In this document: positions 39,177 through 49,637 of the stretch, piece by piece
How the letters are laid out: the number at the start of each line of letters is the position of its first letter
How positions within the stretch are numbered: the stretch's first letter is position 1
From: an uncultured delta proteobacterium
Lineage (GTDB): Bacteria > Desulfobacterota > RBG-13-43-22
Direction: 5' to 3'
NCBI GenBank assembly: GCA_963843145.1
Contig: CAWJJC010000027.1
Coordinates: 1 to 64,000, forward strand
Length of the DNA stretch: 64,000 nt
Made by a program: the position numbers and the translations under genes
Notes under the pieces: generated by a model
Seen by the model: the letters and a program-made list of their open reading frames with translations, nothing else
Told to the model about the DNA's origin: nothing
Databases searched by the model: none

Positions 39177-39307
39177 GGCGCTTTCATCGTATGTCGGTGG
39201 ATTATTTTCCGCCGGCTGGCTAACCCATCTCCGAACTCAAGCAGAATTTGTGGGCGCTGAATAGGTTCATGCCAGACTCCGTTGCCAGTTCTGCAAGAGG
39301 GATTTGC

Positions 39308-39373
39308 GTGTACGAGTACGTGTACGAGTACGGAACCCCACAATGAGCCCTACTCGTACACCTACTCGTACAC
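39308..39373. repeat. Inverted hexamer tandem repeats
   Basis: (gtgtacgagtac)x2 ... (tactcgtacac)x2. Confidence 0.7.
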
Positions 39374-39459
39374 ACAAATCTACCCGGTAAGGCCCTGAAT
39401 ATCTCAGGTATCAGGATATTCTGCCCTGCCCCTCAATCAATTTCCGCCACCTGCCCGCA

Positions 39460-40478
39460 TTAAAACGTCCCATTTTCTTTTGCTTCCCTCTTCACTCTTC
39501 CATCTTCCATCTCTTGCTCCCCCGCCTGCCAGAGGGAATCCAAGAAATAACCCCGCTGATCTTTCCTCTGCCGAACCACGGCGAATCCTGTTTCCTGCGC
39601 CAGCCGCACGACCTCGGAATCCAGAAACTTCTGGGAACGCTCGGTATGGATCGGTTCCCCGTCTTCAAAATGGAACGCGCGTTTGAGCCGTTCCACGTCC
39701 ACGACCTGCTTTCGGCCGCTGATCAGGTAACTCAAGACGGCCCCCGAGGAGCGGTCGAAATGGCTGAAAAATCGAAAGCCCTCGATCCGGAAATTACCGC
39801 CGAGATCGCGATTGATCCGCCGCAGCAGGTTCAGGTTGAATTGCGCCGTAATTCCCTGGGAGTCATTGTAGGCCTTCTCGATCAGAGGAACGGATTTGAT
39901 TAAATCAAAACCAATCAAGAGGAGGTCCCCTTCATTCAGGGCCTCCCGGAGGTTCCGGAGAAAGACCCGCATTTCGTCCTGGCTGAAATTGCCGATATTG
40001 GATCCCAGAAACAGGACCAGTTTGCGGGGCCCCTTCCGTGCGGACAGCCAGCGCAACCCTTCGAAATATTCCGCCGTCAGTCCTTCGCTGGGAAGATGGG
40101 CCCAGCACTGTTTGAGATTTCCAATCAACTCGTTGACCGCTGCTTCGCAGATATCGATGGGAACGTAACGAAAGTCCAGCCCCGCGCCGAGAAAATGTTC
40201 CAACAATAATTTGGTTTTCCTGCCGTCCCCGGCCCCCAGCTCCACCAGGTTGAAACGAACGCCGGCGAACAGGGATGCCAATTCCGAGCGATAGGTTTGG
40301 AGAATTTCAGACTCACAACGGGTGAGATAATACTCCGGCAACTCCGTGATCTGTTTAAAAAGTCGGCTTCCTTCTTCGTCGTAAAAATACTTGCTGGGAA
40401 GGGATTTGGGTGCCCGGCTCAGCCCCTCGAGGACATCCCGGGCAAAGGTTCCGTTGCCTGTGGAGACTCTTTATCCAT
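39460..40478 (-). CDS. egtD: L-histidine N-alpha-trimethyltransferase (EgtD/EanA); 5' end frameshifted, probably an indel
   Basis: FARDVLEGL..PKSLPSKYFYDEEGSRLF..ITELPEYYLTR, ELGAGDG, GSNIGN, AYNDSQGITAQFNLN, IHTERSQK. Confidence 0.88.
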
Positions 40479-40536
40479 CAACTCGGAGCATCCTGTCCTG
40501 GGACCGGCATACAACCTCCCTTTATCGAACAAAATT

Positions 40537-40644
40537 TGAACGTCCAACATCGAACATCGAACTCCCAACCTCGAATGAAAAACAAACCGCTATCAAATTC
40601 AAATTTCGATGTTCGATGTTCGGATGTTGGATGTTCGATGTTCA
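40537..40644. repeat. Inverted heptamer tandem repeats (AACATCG / CGATGTT)
   Basis: Seen directly between the ergothioneine synthase gene and egtD. Confidence 0.75.
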
Positions 40645-40674
40645 GTCTTAATTTCGCACTAAATAAAGCTCCCC

Positions 40675-43600
40675 TCACCTGCAGGATACAAAACGCACTA
40701 CCGCTTGTTGATTACGGAGGATATCCTCTAAAATCGAGAGGGTCCGGTCAATGTCCTCCAGTGTATTTTCGCGGCCCAGGGAAAAACGCAGGGAGCAATG
40801 GGCTTCCTCCTCGGAAAGCCCCAGGGCCAACAAGACATGGGAGGGTTCCGGGTTCCCGGCGCGGCAGGCCGATCCTGAGGAAACGGCCACTCCCCGTTGA
40901 TCGAGGGCCAGGACCAGCGACTCGCCCCGGAAGCCCGGCAAAGTGACGTTCAAGGTGTTCGGCAGCCGCAGGCGGGGATGGCCGTTGATGCGCGCTTGGG
41001 GGAGAATTTTCAGGATGCCGCGTTCCAGTTGATCCCGTTTTCCCCGGATGGATACCGAGTCCGAGAGATGTTTCAGGGCCAGTTCGGCGGCCTTGCCGAA
41101 GCCGGCGATGCCCAGAACGTTTTCTGTGCCGGCTCGCAGGCCCTGCTCCTGGTGCCCGCCGCTGACCAAGGGATCGAGGGAGACCCCTTGGCGGACGAAG
41201 AGCGCCCCCATCCCTTTAGGACCGTGCAACTTGTGGGCCGAGAGGGTTAACAGATCCACCCCCAGCGCCCCCACGTCCACCGGGATTTTGCCCACCGCTT
41301 GGACGGCATCGCAATGGAAGAGCGCGCCCCGCTCCCGGGCCAGGGCGGACAGTTCGTCCACCGGCTGGAGGGCCCCGGTCTCGTTGTTGGCCAGCATGAC
41401 GCTCACCAGGCAGGTACGATCGTCCAGGGCCGTTCGGAGGTCCTCCGGCCTGACCCGGCCTTCCCGGTTGGACGGAAGATAGGTGACCCGGAAACCTTGC
41501 CGTTCCAGTCCACGGCAGGGTTCGAGCACCGAGGGATGTTCGCTGGCCGAGGTGATGATATGGTCCTTGCCCCGGCCGGCGGCCCAGGCCGTGCCCTTGA
41601 TGGCCAGGTTGTTGGCCTCCGAACCGCCGCCGGTAAAGAGGACTCGCCGGGCCGTGCAGTTGAGCAGCAGGGCGATGGCGCGGCGCGCCGTTTCCATGGC
41701 GGTCCGGGATTCTTTGCCGGCCGCATAGAGGCTGGACGGGTTCCCGTAGCACTCCAAAAAGGCGATCAGGGTCTTCTGAACTTCCGGATCCAGGGGAGTG
41801 GTGGCGTTGTGGTCCAGGTAAATGCGGCGGGGAACCGCCGGAGTTTCCAGGGATCCATCGGCTGTGTATTCCCCCGGGCCGCCGACCGTCACGGTTTCGC
41901 CCTCGATATCCTTCACTACCTCGCAGAGCAGAGCCTTGTACACCGGAAAACCGGAGATCGGATCATAGCGCTGCAGATCGGTCAAGTCGTTTACACAGGC
42001 GTCGCGCCAGGCTTTCGGGCCAAGGGCCCCGCCCCCCATCCCGCTGACCTCAACGGCCCCGGACACGATATCCTCGGTGACCTGAGCATACAGGGGGATG
42101 GATCCCCGTAAAGTGGTTAGCTTGACCGGATCTCCGTTTTGAATTCCACGCGCGGCGGCATCCCGGGGGTTCATCATCACCGTGGGCACGGGTTTTTCCC
42201 GCGAGAGGGAGGGCAGGCTCTGGTGTAGTCCGTGCAAATCAATATTGGAACGAGCCCCGGAATTGAAGACCAGGGGAAACTGCCGGGCTAAGTCCGGCCG
42301 GGCCAGCGGTCCCTCGCCGGGTTCGGTATAGACGGGCAAGGCGTCGTAGCCATGCTCTTCCAGGATGGAAGAGGCGATTTCGAACTTGCCGGAAGGGGTG
42401 TCGAACCCGGGGCGGCCATCCGGGCGCAGCAGCCCTTTTTCCCATTTCTTGTACTCCATCATTACCGTGGGCACCTGAACCATTCCGCCGGCGGCCCGGA
42501 CGGCTTCCGGGGTGAAGCCCGAGCCTTTCAAGACCCGGGCCAGAAGTTCCGCTTCGGTTTGGGGATAGAGGTGGCCGTAGCCGAGGCGGCGGGCGAGTTC
42601 GGAAAGGATAAAGAAGTCATTTCGGGCCTCCCCCAGCGGTTCAATAACCCGTTCCCGGATCCGGAAAAGGGGTCCATAGACCATATAGGATTCGATCTCG
42701 TAGTAGGTGGCGGCCGGGAGGACAATATCGGCGAAGGCGGCATCGGCGGTTAACTGTCGGTCGATGCAGACCAGAAAGTCCAGGGCACCCAGGGTTTTCC
42801 GCCAGACCGCGGACTGGGGCCAGGAACTGATAATCGAGGCCCCCAGGCTGATCAGCAGGCGGATAGGGTAGGGGTCCTGCTCCAGTACCGCCCGGGGCAG
42901 GATGTTGGCATGGAACTCACCGCGGTAGAGGGTATAGATCGGGAAGTTATTGTATCCGGCGGCCTTGCGAATGTCCGGATTGGGGATCAGCCCTTCCCGG
43001 TTGATGGGAAACTTGCTCCGGGCCGGCAGGAAACAGCGGCCGCCGGGTACATCCAGTTGGCCGGCCAGAGCCCAGAGCACCAGGGTGGCGCGGATGGCCT
43101 GCACGGAGCCGTCGCTGTATTCCAGGCCGCTGTACATGACCGGAGACACGCCGTGGGTCCCGGCGAACTCCCGGGCCAGGCGGATGACGGTAGCCGCCGG
43201 CACCCCGGTGATATGTTCCACCACTTCCGGTCGAAAGTGCTGGACATATCGGGCAAAGGCCTCGAATCCGATCGTCCACTCTTTAACGAAAGCTTCATCG
43301 AAAAGCTCTTCCTCGATCAGCACTTGGCACATTCCCAGGGCCAGGGCGCCGTCGGTACCGGGACGAATGGGGACCCATTCGGCATTCGGGTATTTGGCCA
43401 TGACCGTCCGACGGGGATCGATCACCACCAGGCGGGCGCCGCGCCGGTGGGCCCGTTCGATCTGGATAAAATCATCGGGCGGGCAGTGGGCTGCCGGGTT
43501 TTTCCCCCAGATGACGATGAGGTTGGCCTGCTCGATATCCGAGAACATGTTGATGAACATCCCCCCCATGGTGACATGAGGGGCGATCATGGCGAAGGAT

Positions 43601-44052
43601 ACATAGCAGAGGGCCCCTACGCCCAAGGTGTTGGGCGACCCGAAGGGGAAGAGGACGCTGGAAGCCGAAGAAACCGCCACCCCGGCCGGCTGGAAAATAT
43701 CGCAGAGGGATAACTCGAAACTTCCGCTCCCGGTATAGATGGCCGTGGCTTCCGGCCCGGACTCCGCCTTGATCGTTTGTAGTTTCTGGACGATCGTCTC
43801 ATAGGCTTCCTCCCAGGAGATACGCTCGAAATCATAAGTGCCCTTGGGACCCTTGCGGCGCATGGGATATAATAGTCGGTTGGGCGAATAAACGACCTCC
43901 CGGGCCAGTTCGCCCAAGCGGCAGATCTTTCCCAGGGGAGAACCTTCATCAGGTCCCACCGAGTCGATTTTTCCCTCGGTATCATAATCAACCTTCACCC
44001 AGCACCCGGCCGAGCAGATACCGCAGATGGCTTTCTTACTATCGGGTTTCAT
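40675..44052 (-). CDS. mes: Metallopterin-dependent ergothioneine synthase (molybdopterin oxidoreductase fused to IscS-like desulfurase)
   Basis: N-terminal CGICSAGC..C Fe-S and DMSO-reductase-family motifs; C-terminal YLDHNATT, HCDAVQ, SAHKLHGPKG, SSGSAC; adjacent to egtD. Confidence 0.85.
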   Translation of the reverse strand: MKPDSKKAICGICSAGCWVKVDYDTEGKIDSVGPDEGSPLGKICRLGELAREVVYSPNRLLYPMRRKGPKGTYDFERISWEEAYETIVQKLQTIKAESGPEATAIYTGSGSFELSLCDIFQPAGVAVSSASSVLFPFGSPNTLGVGALCYVSFAMIAPHVTMGGMFINMFSDIEQANLIVIWGKNPAAHCPPDDFIQIERAHRRGARLVVIDPRRTVMAKYPNAEWVPIRPGTDGALALGMCQVLIEEELFDEAFVKEWTIGFEAFARYVQHFRPEVVEHITGVPAATVIRLAREFAGTHGVSPVMYSGLEYSDGSVQAIRATLVLWALAGQLDVPGGRCFLPARSKFPINREGLIPNPDIRKAAGYNNFPIYTLYRGEFHANILPRAVLEQDPYPIRLLISLGASIISSWPQSAVWRKTLGALDFLVCIDRQLTADAAFADIVLPAATYYEIESYMVYGPLFRIRERVIEPLGEARNDFFILSELARRLGYGHLYPQTEAELLARVLKGSGFTPEAVRAAGGMVQVPTVMMEYKKWEKGLLRPDGRPGFDTPSGKFEIASSILEEHGYDALPVYTEPGEGPLARPDLARQFPLVFNSGARSNIDLHGLHQSLPSLSREKPVPTVMMNPRDAAARGIQNGDPVKLTTLRGSIPLYAQVTEDIVSGAVEVSGMGGGALGPKAWRDACVNDLTDLQRYDPISGFPVYKALLCEVVKDIEGETVTVGGPGEYTADGSLETPAVPRRIYLDHNATTPLDPEVQKTLIAFLECYGNPSSLYAAGKESRTAMETARRAIALLLNCTARRVLFTGGGSEANNLAIKGTAWAAGRGKDHIITSASEHPSVLEPCRGLERQGFRVTYLPSNREGRVRPEDLRTALDDRTCLVSVMLANNETGALQPVDELSALARERGALFHCDAVQAVGKIPVDVGALGVDLLTLSAHKLHGPKGMGALFVRQGVSLDPLVSGGHQEQGLRAGTENVLGIAGFGKAAELALKHLSDSVSIRGKRDQLERGILKILPQARINGHPRLRLPNTLNVTLPGFRGESLVLALDQRGVAVSSGSACRAGNPEPSHVLLALGLSEEEAHCSLRFSLGRENTLEDIDRTLSILEDILRNQQAVVRFVSCR

Positions 44053-44086
44053 TTAGCAGGATTCAAAAAAAGCGGATTTTCATACT

Positions 44087-44115
44087 AGTATAAGAAGGAA
44101 TTCTTTCGGCGTCAA
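44087..44115 (-). promoter_or_regulatory. Sigma-70 promoter of mes-egtD
   Basis: TTGACG-17-TATACT. Confidence 0.6.
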
Positions 44116-44226
44116 CTCTACTGACTTGAGCCCAGGAATCCTGCCCCTCGACCAAGAGCAGCAACTCATTTTCATTGACAAGGTCCGGGGAGTTAAGCTT
44201 ATAATGTATATAAAAAATTGTGGTTG

Positions 44227-44535
44227 TTCGCCCTTTTGGGTGGGTGGCCACAATATTTGGTAGATTAGACTGAAATCAGGCCTTCGTGGCCGATGGGTCT
44301 CGGCGAAAGGGTTTTCCACCTTGCTTTATAGGTTCTAACCCGGCCCCCATGTTTCTAAATCTTCACGGAGGCAGGGCCGGCCGAAGAAGCATCAAAAGCC
44401 TTTGAGTTTGGGCCTGCTTCAAATAAAATTGGTAATTTAGGCCCGGATTCGAAGTCCGGAGTACCTTTGGAAAGCCCTTTCGCCGAGACCCATCGGCCAT
44501 ACCAGATCTGGGGGGTACCCACCCAAAAGGGCGAA
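44227..44535. repeat. Long imperfect inverted repeat
   Basis: Arms 44227-44318 and 44468-44535. Confidence 0.75.
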
Positions 44536-44612
44536 GCGTCAAAATTGTTTACCGAGTGAAACTGTTTTAATATCCAAATTCGCCCTATGGAACCGGTCTC
44601 GGGAGTTCTGGC

Positions 44613-45452
44613 ATGACCATCGAAGCTGACAGTCAACAAAGCAAACCTGGAGGGCAGCTCGGCAGGCTAGTGACCGGTCCGTTTGCCCTTATCGGCCGGG
44701 TGGCGATCAGTTGGATCGACAATTTAGGCGCCTCAGCCATTTTTCTCCTTATGGCGCTTCTGAGGATCGTACGCCCCAAACAGTTGGATAAGATCGTGCA
44801 GCAGGTCTATTATATCGGGGCCAGATCCACGATGATCATCATGCTCGTCAGTTTCTTCACCGGTATGGTGCTGGGCCTTCAATCCTACCATGCCCTGGTA
44901 AAATTCGGCGCCCAGGGGGCTCTCGGCACCCTGGTGGCCCTGACACTGGTTCGGGAATTGGGACCGGTGCTCACGGCGATCATGATCGCCGCCCGGGCCG
45001 GTTCGGCTATCACCGCCGAGATCGGCATTCAGCGCATCTCCGAACAGATTGACGCCCTGAGCACCATGCGTATTGATCCGCTCCGGTATCTCATCACCCC
45101 TAGGATTACCGCCGCGATCATCAGCTTCCCCTTGCTCACCGCCGTGTTCGACCTCGTCGGCATTATCGGCGGGTACGTCTCCGGCGTCTTGCTCCTGGGC
45201 GCCAATGCCAGCACCTATGTTTATCGTGTTCAGACCAGTATGGACCTGAAAGATATTACCGACGGTCTGGTCAAGTCGATTGTTTTTGCCGTCATCGTCT
45301 CCTTGGTCTGTTGTTTCCAGGGGTATTTTACCCACATGCGCACGGACAGCCATGGCGCCAAGGCCGTCGGGCTCTCCACCACCTCGTCCGTGGTGATCTC
45401 CTGTGTACTGATCCTGGTGTCCGACTATGTGGTCACGTCGCTACTCATCTAA
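44613..45452 (+). CDS. mlaE: Mla ABC permease
   Basis: RELGPVLTAIMIAARAGSAITAEIG..RISEQIDAL. Confidence 0.93.
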   Translation: MTIEADSQQSKPGGQLGRLVTGPFALIGRVAISWIDNLGASAIFLLMALLRIVRPKQLDKIVQQVYYIGARSTMIIMLVSFFTGMVLGLQSYHALVKFGAQGALGTLVALTLVRELGPVLTAIMIAARAGSAITAEIGIQRISEQIDALSTMRIDPLRYLITPRITAAIISFPLLTAVFDLVGIIGGYVSGVLLLGANASTYVYRVQTSMDLKDITDGLVKSIVFAVIVSLVCCFQGYFTHMRTDSHGAKAVGLSTTSSVVISCVLILVSDYVVTSLLI

Positions 45453-45461
45453 GGTTAACCC

Positions 45462-46715
45462 ATGGACAGCCCGTTAATCGAATTCCAGGAGGTCACCAAA
45501 CGTTTCGGCGCCCGAACCGTCCTGGAACGGGTCAACCTGCAGATCTACGAGGGACAGGTCACCACCATTATCGGACTGAGCGGTTCGGGCAAGAGTGTGC
45601 TCCTCAAGCATATCATCGGGCTGCTCAAGCCGGATGCCGGGACTATTCTCTTCAAGGGCAAACCCCTGAGCGAAATGGAAAAAAGTGAAAGCGCCGCCAA
45701 TTTCGCTCGGATAAGTTACATGTTCCAAGACAATGCCCTCTTCGATTCCCTGACCGTCTATGAAAATATCGCCCTTCCCTTGCGGGAGACGACGAACCTG
45801 AAGAAAACCGAGATCGATAGCCAGGTTATGGCCAGAATCGAGCAAACGGAGCTTAAAGAAGCGGTTCACAAGTATCCTTCGGAACTCTCCGGCGGCATGC
45901 AAAAGCGGGCCGCTTTGGCACGGGCTTTGGTAACGGATCCTCGCATCGTCCTCTTTGATGAACCGACTTCCGGCCAAGACCCGGTCCGAAAAAATGCCAT
46001 CCTGGGCATGATCGCCCAGTATCAGCGGAAATTCGGGTTTACGGGGATCCTGGTCAGCCACGAGATACCGGATGTCTATTTTATCTCCAACCGCATACTG
46101 GCCCTTTATGATCGATCTATTGTTTTTCAGGGTTCTCCGGAGGAGTTGGAAAATTTCGACCATCCGTTCAAAGATGAGGTCATTCGCAGTCTGGAAGGGC
46201 TGCAGAATGAGTTAACCGGTCTGTATTCCAAAAGGCAATTTAAAGTGATGCATCATGTCCAGTTGCGGCAGAGCGCCAGCGGGGCAACGTACAGCGTGGC
46301 GGTTTTTTCTCTGGTTGATCCGGAGTTCCTTCGGACGAGCACGGGCTACGACGCGGCCCAGGTGGCCTTGCGAAGTCTGGCCATTTACATCGATAAACAT
46401 TTCGGCGCCATCGGGGGGTTTTCCACCCGCCGTCTCAGCAATGAATTTGTCACGGTGCTCCCCTATTCGGATCTGACGGAAGCGGAGGGTATTCTCCAGG
46501 ATTTTGTCCAGGACCTTCAAGAACGAGGCCTTCGAGAGGCCTGTGCCGGGGATGGCCGACAGGCCGTTTCTACGGAAGTGGTTGAATTTTCGGTCCTGGC
46601 CGGAATTGCCGAGGGCCAACCGGTAGCCGACATCGATCCGGTCATCGAGGCGGCCAAAGCGCAACAAAAAGAAATTGGCCGTATTCGGTGCGATGTGAGG
46701 AGATTAGGTAGATGA
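45462..46715 (+). CDS. mlaF: Mla ABC ATPase with degenerate GGDEF-like C-terminal domain
   Basis: GLSGSGKS, LSGGMQKR, FDEPTSGQDP; tail NELTGLYSKR...RRLSNEFVTVLP. Confidence 0.88.
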   Translation: MDSPLIEFQEVTKRFGARTVLERVNLQIYEGQVTTIIGLSGSGKSVLLKHIIGLLKPDAGTILFKGKPLSEMEKSESAANFARISYMFQDNALFDSLTVYENIALPLRETTNLKKTEIDSQVMARIEQTELKEAVHKYPSELSGGMQKRAALARALVTDPRIVLFDEPTSGQDPVRKNAILGMIAQYQRKFGFTGILVSHEIPDVYFISNRILALYDRSIVFQGSPEELENFDHPFKDEVIRSLEGLQNELTGLYSKRQFKVMHHVQLRQSASGATYSVAVFSLVDPEFLRTSTGYDAAQVALRSLAIYIDKHFGAIGGFSTRRLSNEFVTVLPYSDLTEAEGILQDFVQDLQERGLREACAGDGRQAVSTEVVEFSVLAGIAEGQPVADIDPVIEAAKAQQKEIGRIRCDVRRLGR

Positions 46716-47167
46716 AAAAGTACACTATGGAAACCACGGTTGGGATATTTCTCGTTTTCGGGCTCCTCTGCGTGGGGTATATGACGGTGAAATTGGGTCA
46801 TGTTTCCCTCTTCGGCGACGATACCTATCCGCTCCTGGCCCGATTCACCTCAGTCACCGGCCTGAGGGCCGGCAGCCTGGTTTATATATCCGGGATTGAG
46901 GTAGGGCGCGTGGAGGACCTCTCCATGGATCAGAAAAGCCAGAAGGCCGTGGTGAAGCTTCGCATCCGGAAAGACATCAAAATTTATGACGATGCCATTG
47001 CCTCCATTAAAACGGAAGGGCTGATCGGGGATATGCATATCAGCATTGACCCCGGCGGTGCAGGCACGTTGCTCCCACCGGGGGGCACTATTACCGAAAC
47101 GCAGCCGGCGGTGGACCTCGTAGATCTGGTCAGCAAGTATGCCTTCGGAGACGTGAAGAAACACTAG
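46712..47167 (+). CDS. mlaD: MCE-domain protein
   Basis: FTSVTGLRAGS.V.ISGIEVGRV, IKTEGLIGD. Confidence 0.93.
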   Translation: MKKYTMETTVGIFLVFGLLCVGYMTVKLGHVSLFGDDTYPLLARFTSVTGLRAGSLVYISGIEVGRVEDLSMDQKSQKAVVKLRIRKDIKIYDDAIASIKTEGLIGDMHISIDPGGAGTLLPPGGTITETQPAVDLVDLVSKYAFGDVKKH

Positions 47168-47196
47168 CCGCCTTGGCGGATTAAGAAAGGTACGTT

Positions 47197-47790
47197 ATGA
47201 AAAGACTTATCGTCCTAATGAGCATGAGCCTCTTGTTACTCGGTTCTCTTCCGGTATATGCCGGTACGCCGCTGGAGGCGGTCCAGACCAACGTCAACAA
47301 GGTCCTGGAGGTGTTGCGCGATCCCAAGCTCAAAGCGGCCTCGGCCAAAGAGACCGAAAAGGAAAAACTGCGGCTCATCTATGATACCATGTTTGATGAC
47401 GTCGAACTTTCGAAGCGCACGTTGTCCAGGAACTGGAACAATCTGAACGGCGACCAGCGGCGGGAGTTTGTCCTACTTTTTCGGGAGGTGCTGGAAAAGG
47501 CTTACATCGACAAAATCCTGGCCTACACCAACGAAAAAGTTGTCTTTGAGCATGAAAGCATGGTCTCGGCCACCCAGGCCGAAGTCCCGACGAAGATCGT
47601 TACCTCTTCCAAGGAAATTCCTATCACCTATCGCGTGCTGCTGAAGGGAGGCGTCTGGAAAGTATACGACGTCGTTGTGGAAAACGTGAGCCTGGTTCTA
47701 AATTATCGTACCCAGTTTAATGATATCCTGGCAAAAAATACGCCGGAACAATTATTGGAGATCCTGCGCAAGAAAGTGAAGGGGCAATAG
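47197..47790 (+). CDS. mlaC: Phospholipid-binding shuttle
   Basis: WKVYDVVVENVSLVLNYRTQF. Confidence 0.92.
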   Translation: MKRLIVLMSMSLLLLGSLPVYAGTPLEAVQTNVNKVLEVLRDPKLKAASAKETEKEKLRLIYDTMFDDVELSKRTLSRNWNNLNGDQRREFVLLFREVLEKAYIDKILAYTNEKVVFEHESMVSATQAEVPTKIVTSSKEIPITYRVLLKGGVWKVYDVVVENVSLVLNYRTQFNDILAKNTPEQLLEILRKKVKGQ

Positions 47791-47880
47791 GGCCTGAAGC
47801 GGGAAATGGCGAGTGGTGGGATTAATATTCTCCCCATTACCCTAAATGACCAGAGAAGGATTGAAGGGGTGGCTCGTGTT

Positions 47881-48783
47881 ATGAAGGCATTCTCAGTTCT
47901 CGTTCTCCTGTTCGTTTTTTTCGCGGCGGGGTGTGCTCACAGTCCTGATCCCGCCGTTTCTCTCGGCACGCCGGTTGCAACTCCTCAGACCCAGCAGGTC
48001 CCGGGGGTCTCCGCTTCCGTAAAGACGACTCCCAAGGCCCCGGAGACGCCGGTCGGATCTGAAACCAAAAACGTCGATGACTATGGCGATATTGAAGTTT
48101 CGGAGAAGGGGAGCGAAGGGGCCAAGGTTGGAATAGCCGACCCCCTGGAGCCTTTTAATCGGGCCATGTACCAGTTCAATGACAAGCTGTACTTCTGGGT
48201 GCTTAAACCGGTCGCCCAGGGATATGGCCAGGTCGTTCCCGAGCCCGCCCGGGTCGGCGTGAGCAATTTTTTTGCGAACCTGACCTTCCCGATTCGTTTC
48301 GTTAATTGTCTGCTCCAGGCGAACTTCAAGGGTGCGGCGACGGAACTTGGCCGTTTCACGATAAACACCCTCTGGGGGGTCGGGGGGTTATTGGATCCGT
48401 CATCGAGCCAGGATATCAATCTCTCCAAACAAAATGTGGATTTCGGCCAAACCTTGGGTACCTATGGATGGGGACAGGATTTCTTCATCACCTGGCCCGT
48501 GTTCGGTCCTTCCAGTCCTCGTGATACGTTGGGGCTGATTGGGGATGCCTTCCTGACTCCCTACAGTTATCTTACTCCCTGGTATACCAGCGAGGGGACC
48601 AGGGCCTATGACCTGCTGAATGACACCTCCCTGAGGATCGGCGACTATGAGTCCCTCAAAGGGGCCGCCATCGATCCCTACGTGGCCATCCGCGATGCCT
48701 ATGTCCAATATCGGCTGAAGAAGGTCAACCGCCAGGGCGGGAAGAATCCCGCCAAAGATTCGGGACTACCCAAAAATGAATGA
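47881..48783 (+). CDS. mlaA: VacJ/MlaA lipoprotein
   Basis: Lipobox AAGC, DPLEPFNRAMYQFND, DFGQTLG, DPYVAIRDAY. Confidence 0.92.
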   Translation: MKAFSVLVLLFVFFAAGCAHSPDPAVSLGTPVATPQTQQVPGVSASVKTTPKAPETPVGSETKNVDDYGDIEVSEKGSEGAKVGIADPLEPFNRAMYQFNDKLYFWVLKPVAQGYGQVVPEPARVGVSNFFANLTFPIRFVNCLLQANFKGAATELGRFTINTLWGVGGLLDPSSSQDINLSKQNVDFGQTLGTYGWGQDFFITWPVFGPSSPRDTLGLIGDAFLTPYSYLTPWYTSEGTRAYDLLNDTSLRIGDYESLKGAAIDPYVAIRDAYVQYRLKKVNRQGGKNPAKDSGLPKNE

Positions 48784-48799
48784 AGGGGAAGGCGTTCCT

Positions 48800-49582
48800 A
48801 TGAAAAGTCTGAAAGTGGTCGTAATTATCGTCTTCGTGATGCTGAGTATTCCGGGAAGAGCGGCTGCGGGCGGGCCTTTCGGGCCGCCGCAACCTATGGC
48901 CAAAGAGGCCGGGGGCCTTCACACCGGCCTGGGATATTGGTTTCAGGAGGATAAGTTTAAGAATGGCGCGGAACAGGCAACTCGCCAGAATCAGGTCTAT
49001 TCGGAATTGGGCTACGGATCTCGAAATAGTTGGGAAGTCACCGCCCGAGTGGGGTTGTCGGATTTAAAACTTATCGATGCCTTCAGCTCCTCAACCGCGT
49101 CGACGGTCACCTCCAAGAAGGATTTTGAAGATCAGCGGATATTTTTCAGCACGGTGGGGACCAAGGGTTATTATCCTTTCAACAAGACCTTTGGCCTGGG
49201 GGCCTTTATCCAGGGGACCTATTACTTGAGTGACTTCAGCGACAGCGTTTCGGGAACTCGAAACGGCGCACCTTTTTCGGTCGAACTTTCGGTTAAGAAT
49301 TTTTGGGAGGTGAATGGCGGCCTGGGATTTCAAGCCACCATTCTCGAGGGCCTCAAGGTGTATATCGGACCCTATGTTCATTATTCGGAATTAAAGGTAT
49401 CGTCATCCGGGGATGTCGACGGCCTGGCCTACGCCTCAGGGGAGACGACCATGAAGAACAAGACCGTCTTCGGAGGATATACCGGGGTCGAAGTACCGCT
49501 AGGAAAAGGATTCCGTCTGAACCTGGAAGGGCAGTACACCGAGCGGGTGTCCGTCGGGGCTGCGGTCATCTATGTGTACTAA
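48800..49582 (+). CDS. Outer-membrane beta-barrel protein
   Basis: Signal peptide, amphipathic strands, terminal Tyr. Confidence 0.7.
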   Translation: MKSLKVVVIIVFVMLSIPGRAAAGGPFGPPQPMAKEAGGLHTGLGYWFQEDKFKNGAEQATRQNQVYSELGYGSRNSWEVTARVGLSDLKLIDAFSSSTASTVTSKKDFEDQRIFFSTVGTKGYYPFNKTFGLGAFIQGTYYLSDFSDSVSGTRNGAPFSVELSVKNFWEVNGGLGFQATILEGLKVYIGPYVHYSELKVSSSGDVDGLAYASGETTMKNKTVFGGYTGVEVPLGKGFRLNLEGQYTERVSVGAAVIYVY

Positions 49583-49637
49583 GGCGTTGTCAACCTTGCC
49601 GGCAGGAAACATCATTTCTTAATGGTTCGGCGATTTT

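Noticed and set aside
40478-40510. Selenocysteine readthrough at the TGA upstream of egtD
   Set aside because: The TGA is not in the EgtD frame or at a conserved Cys; indels explain the 5' end better.
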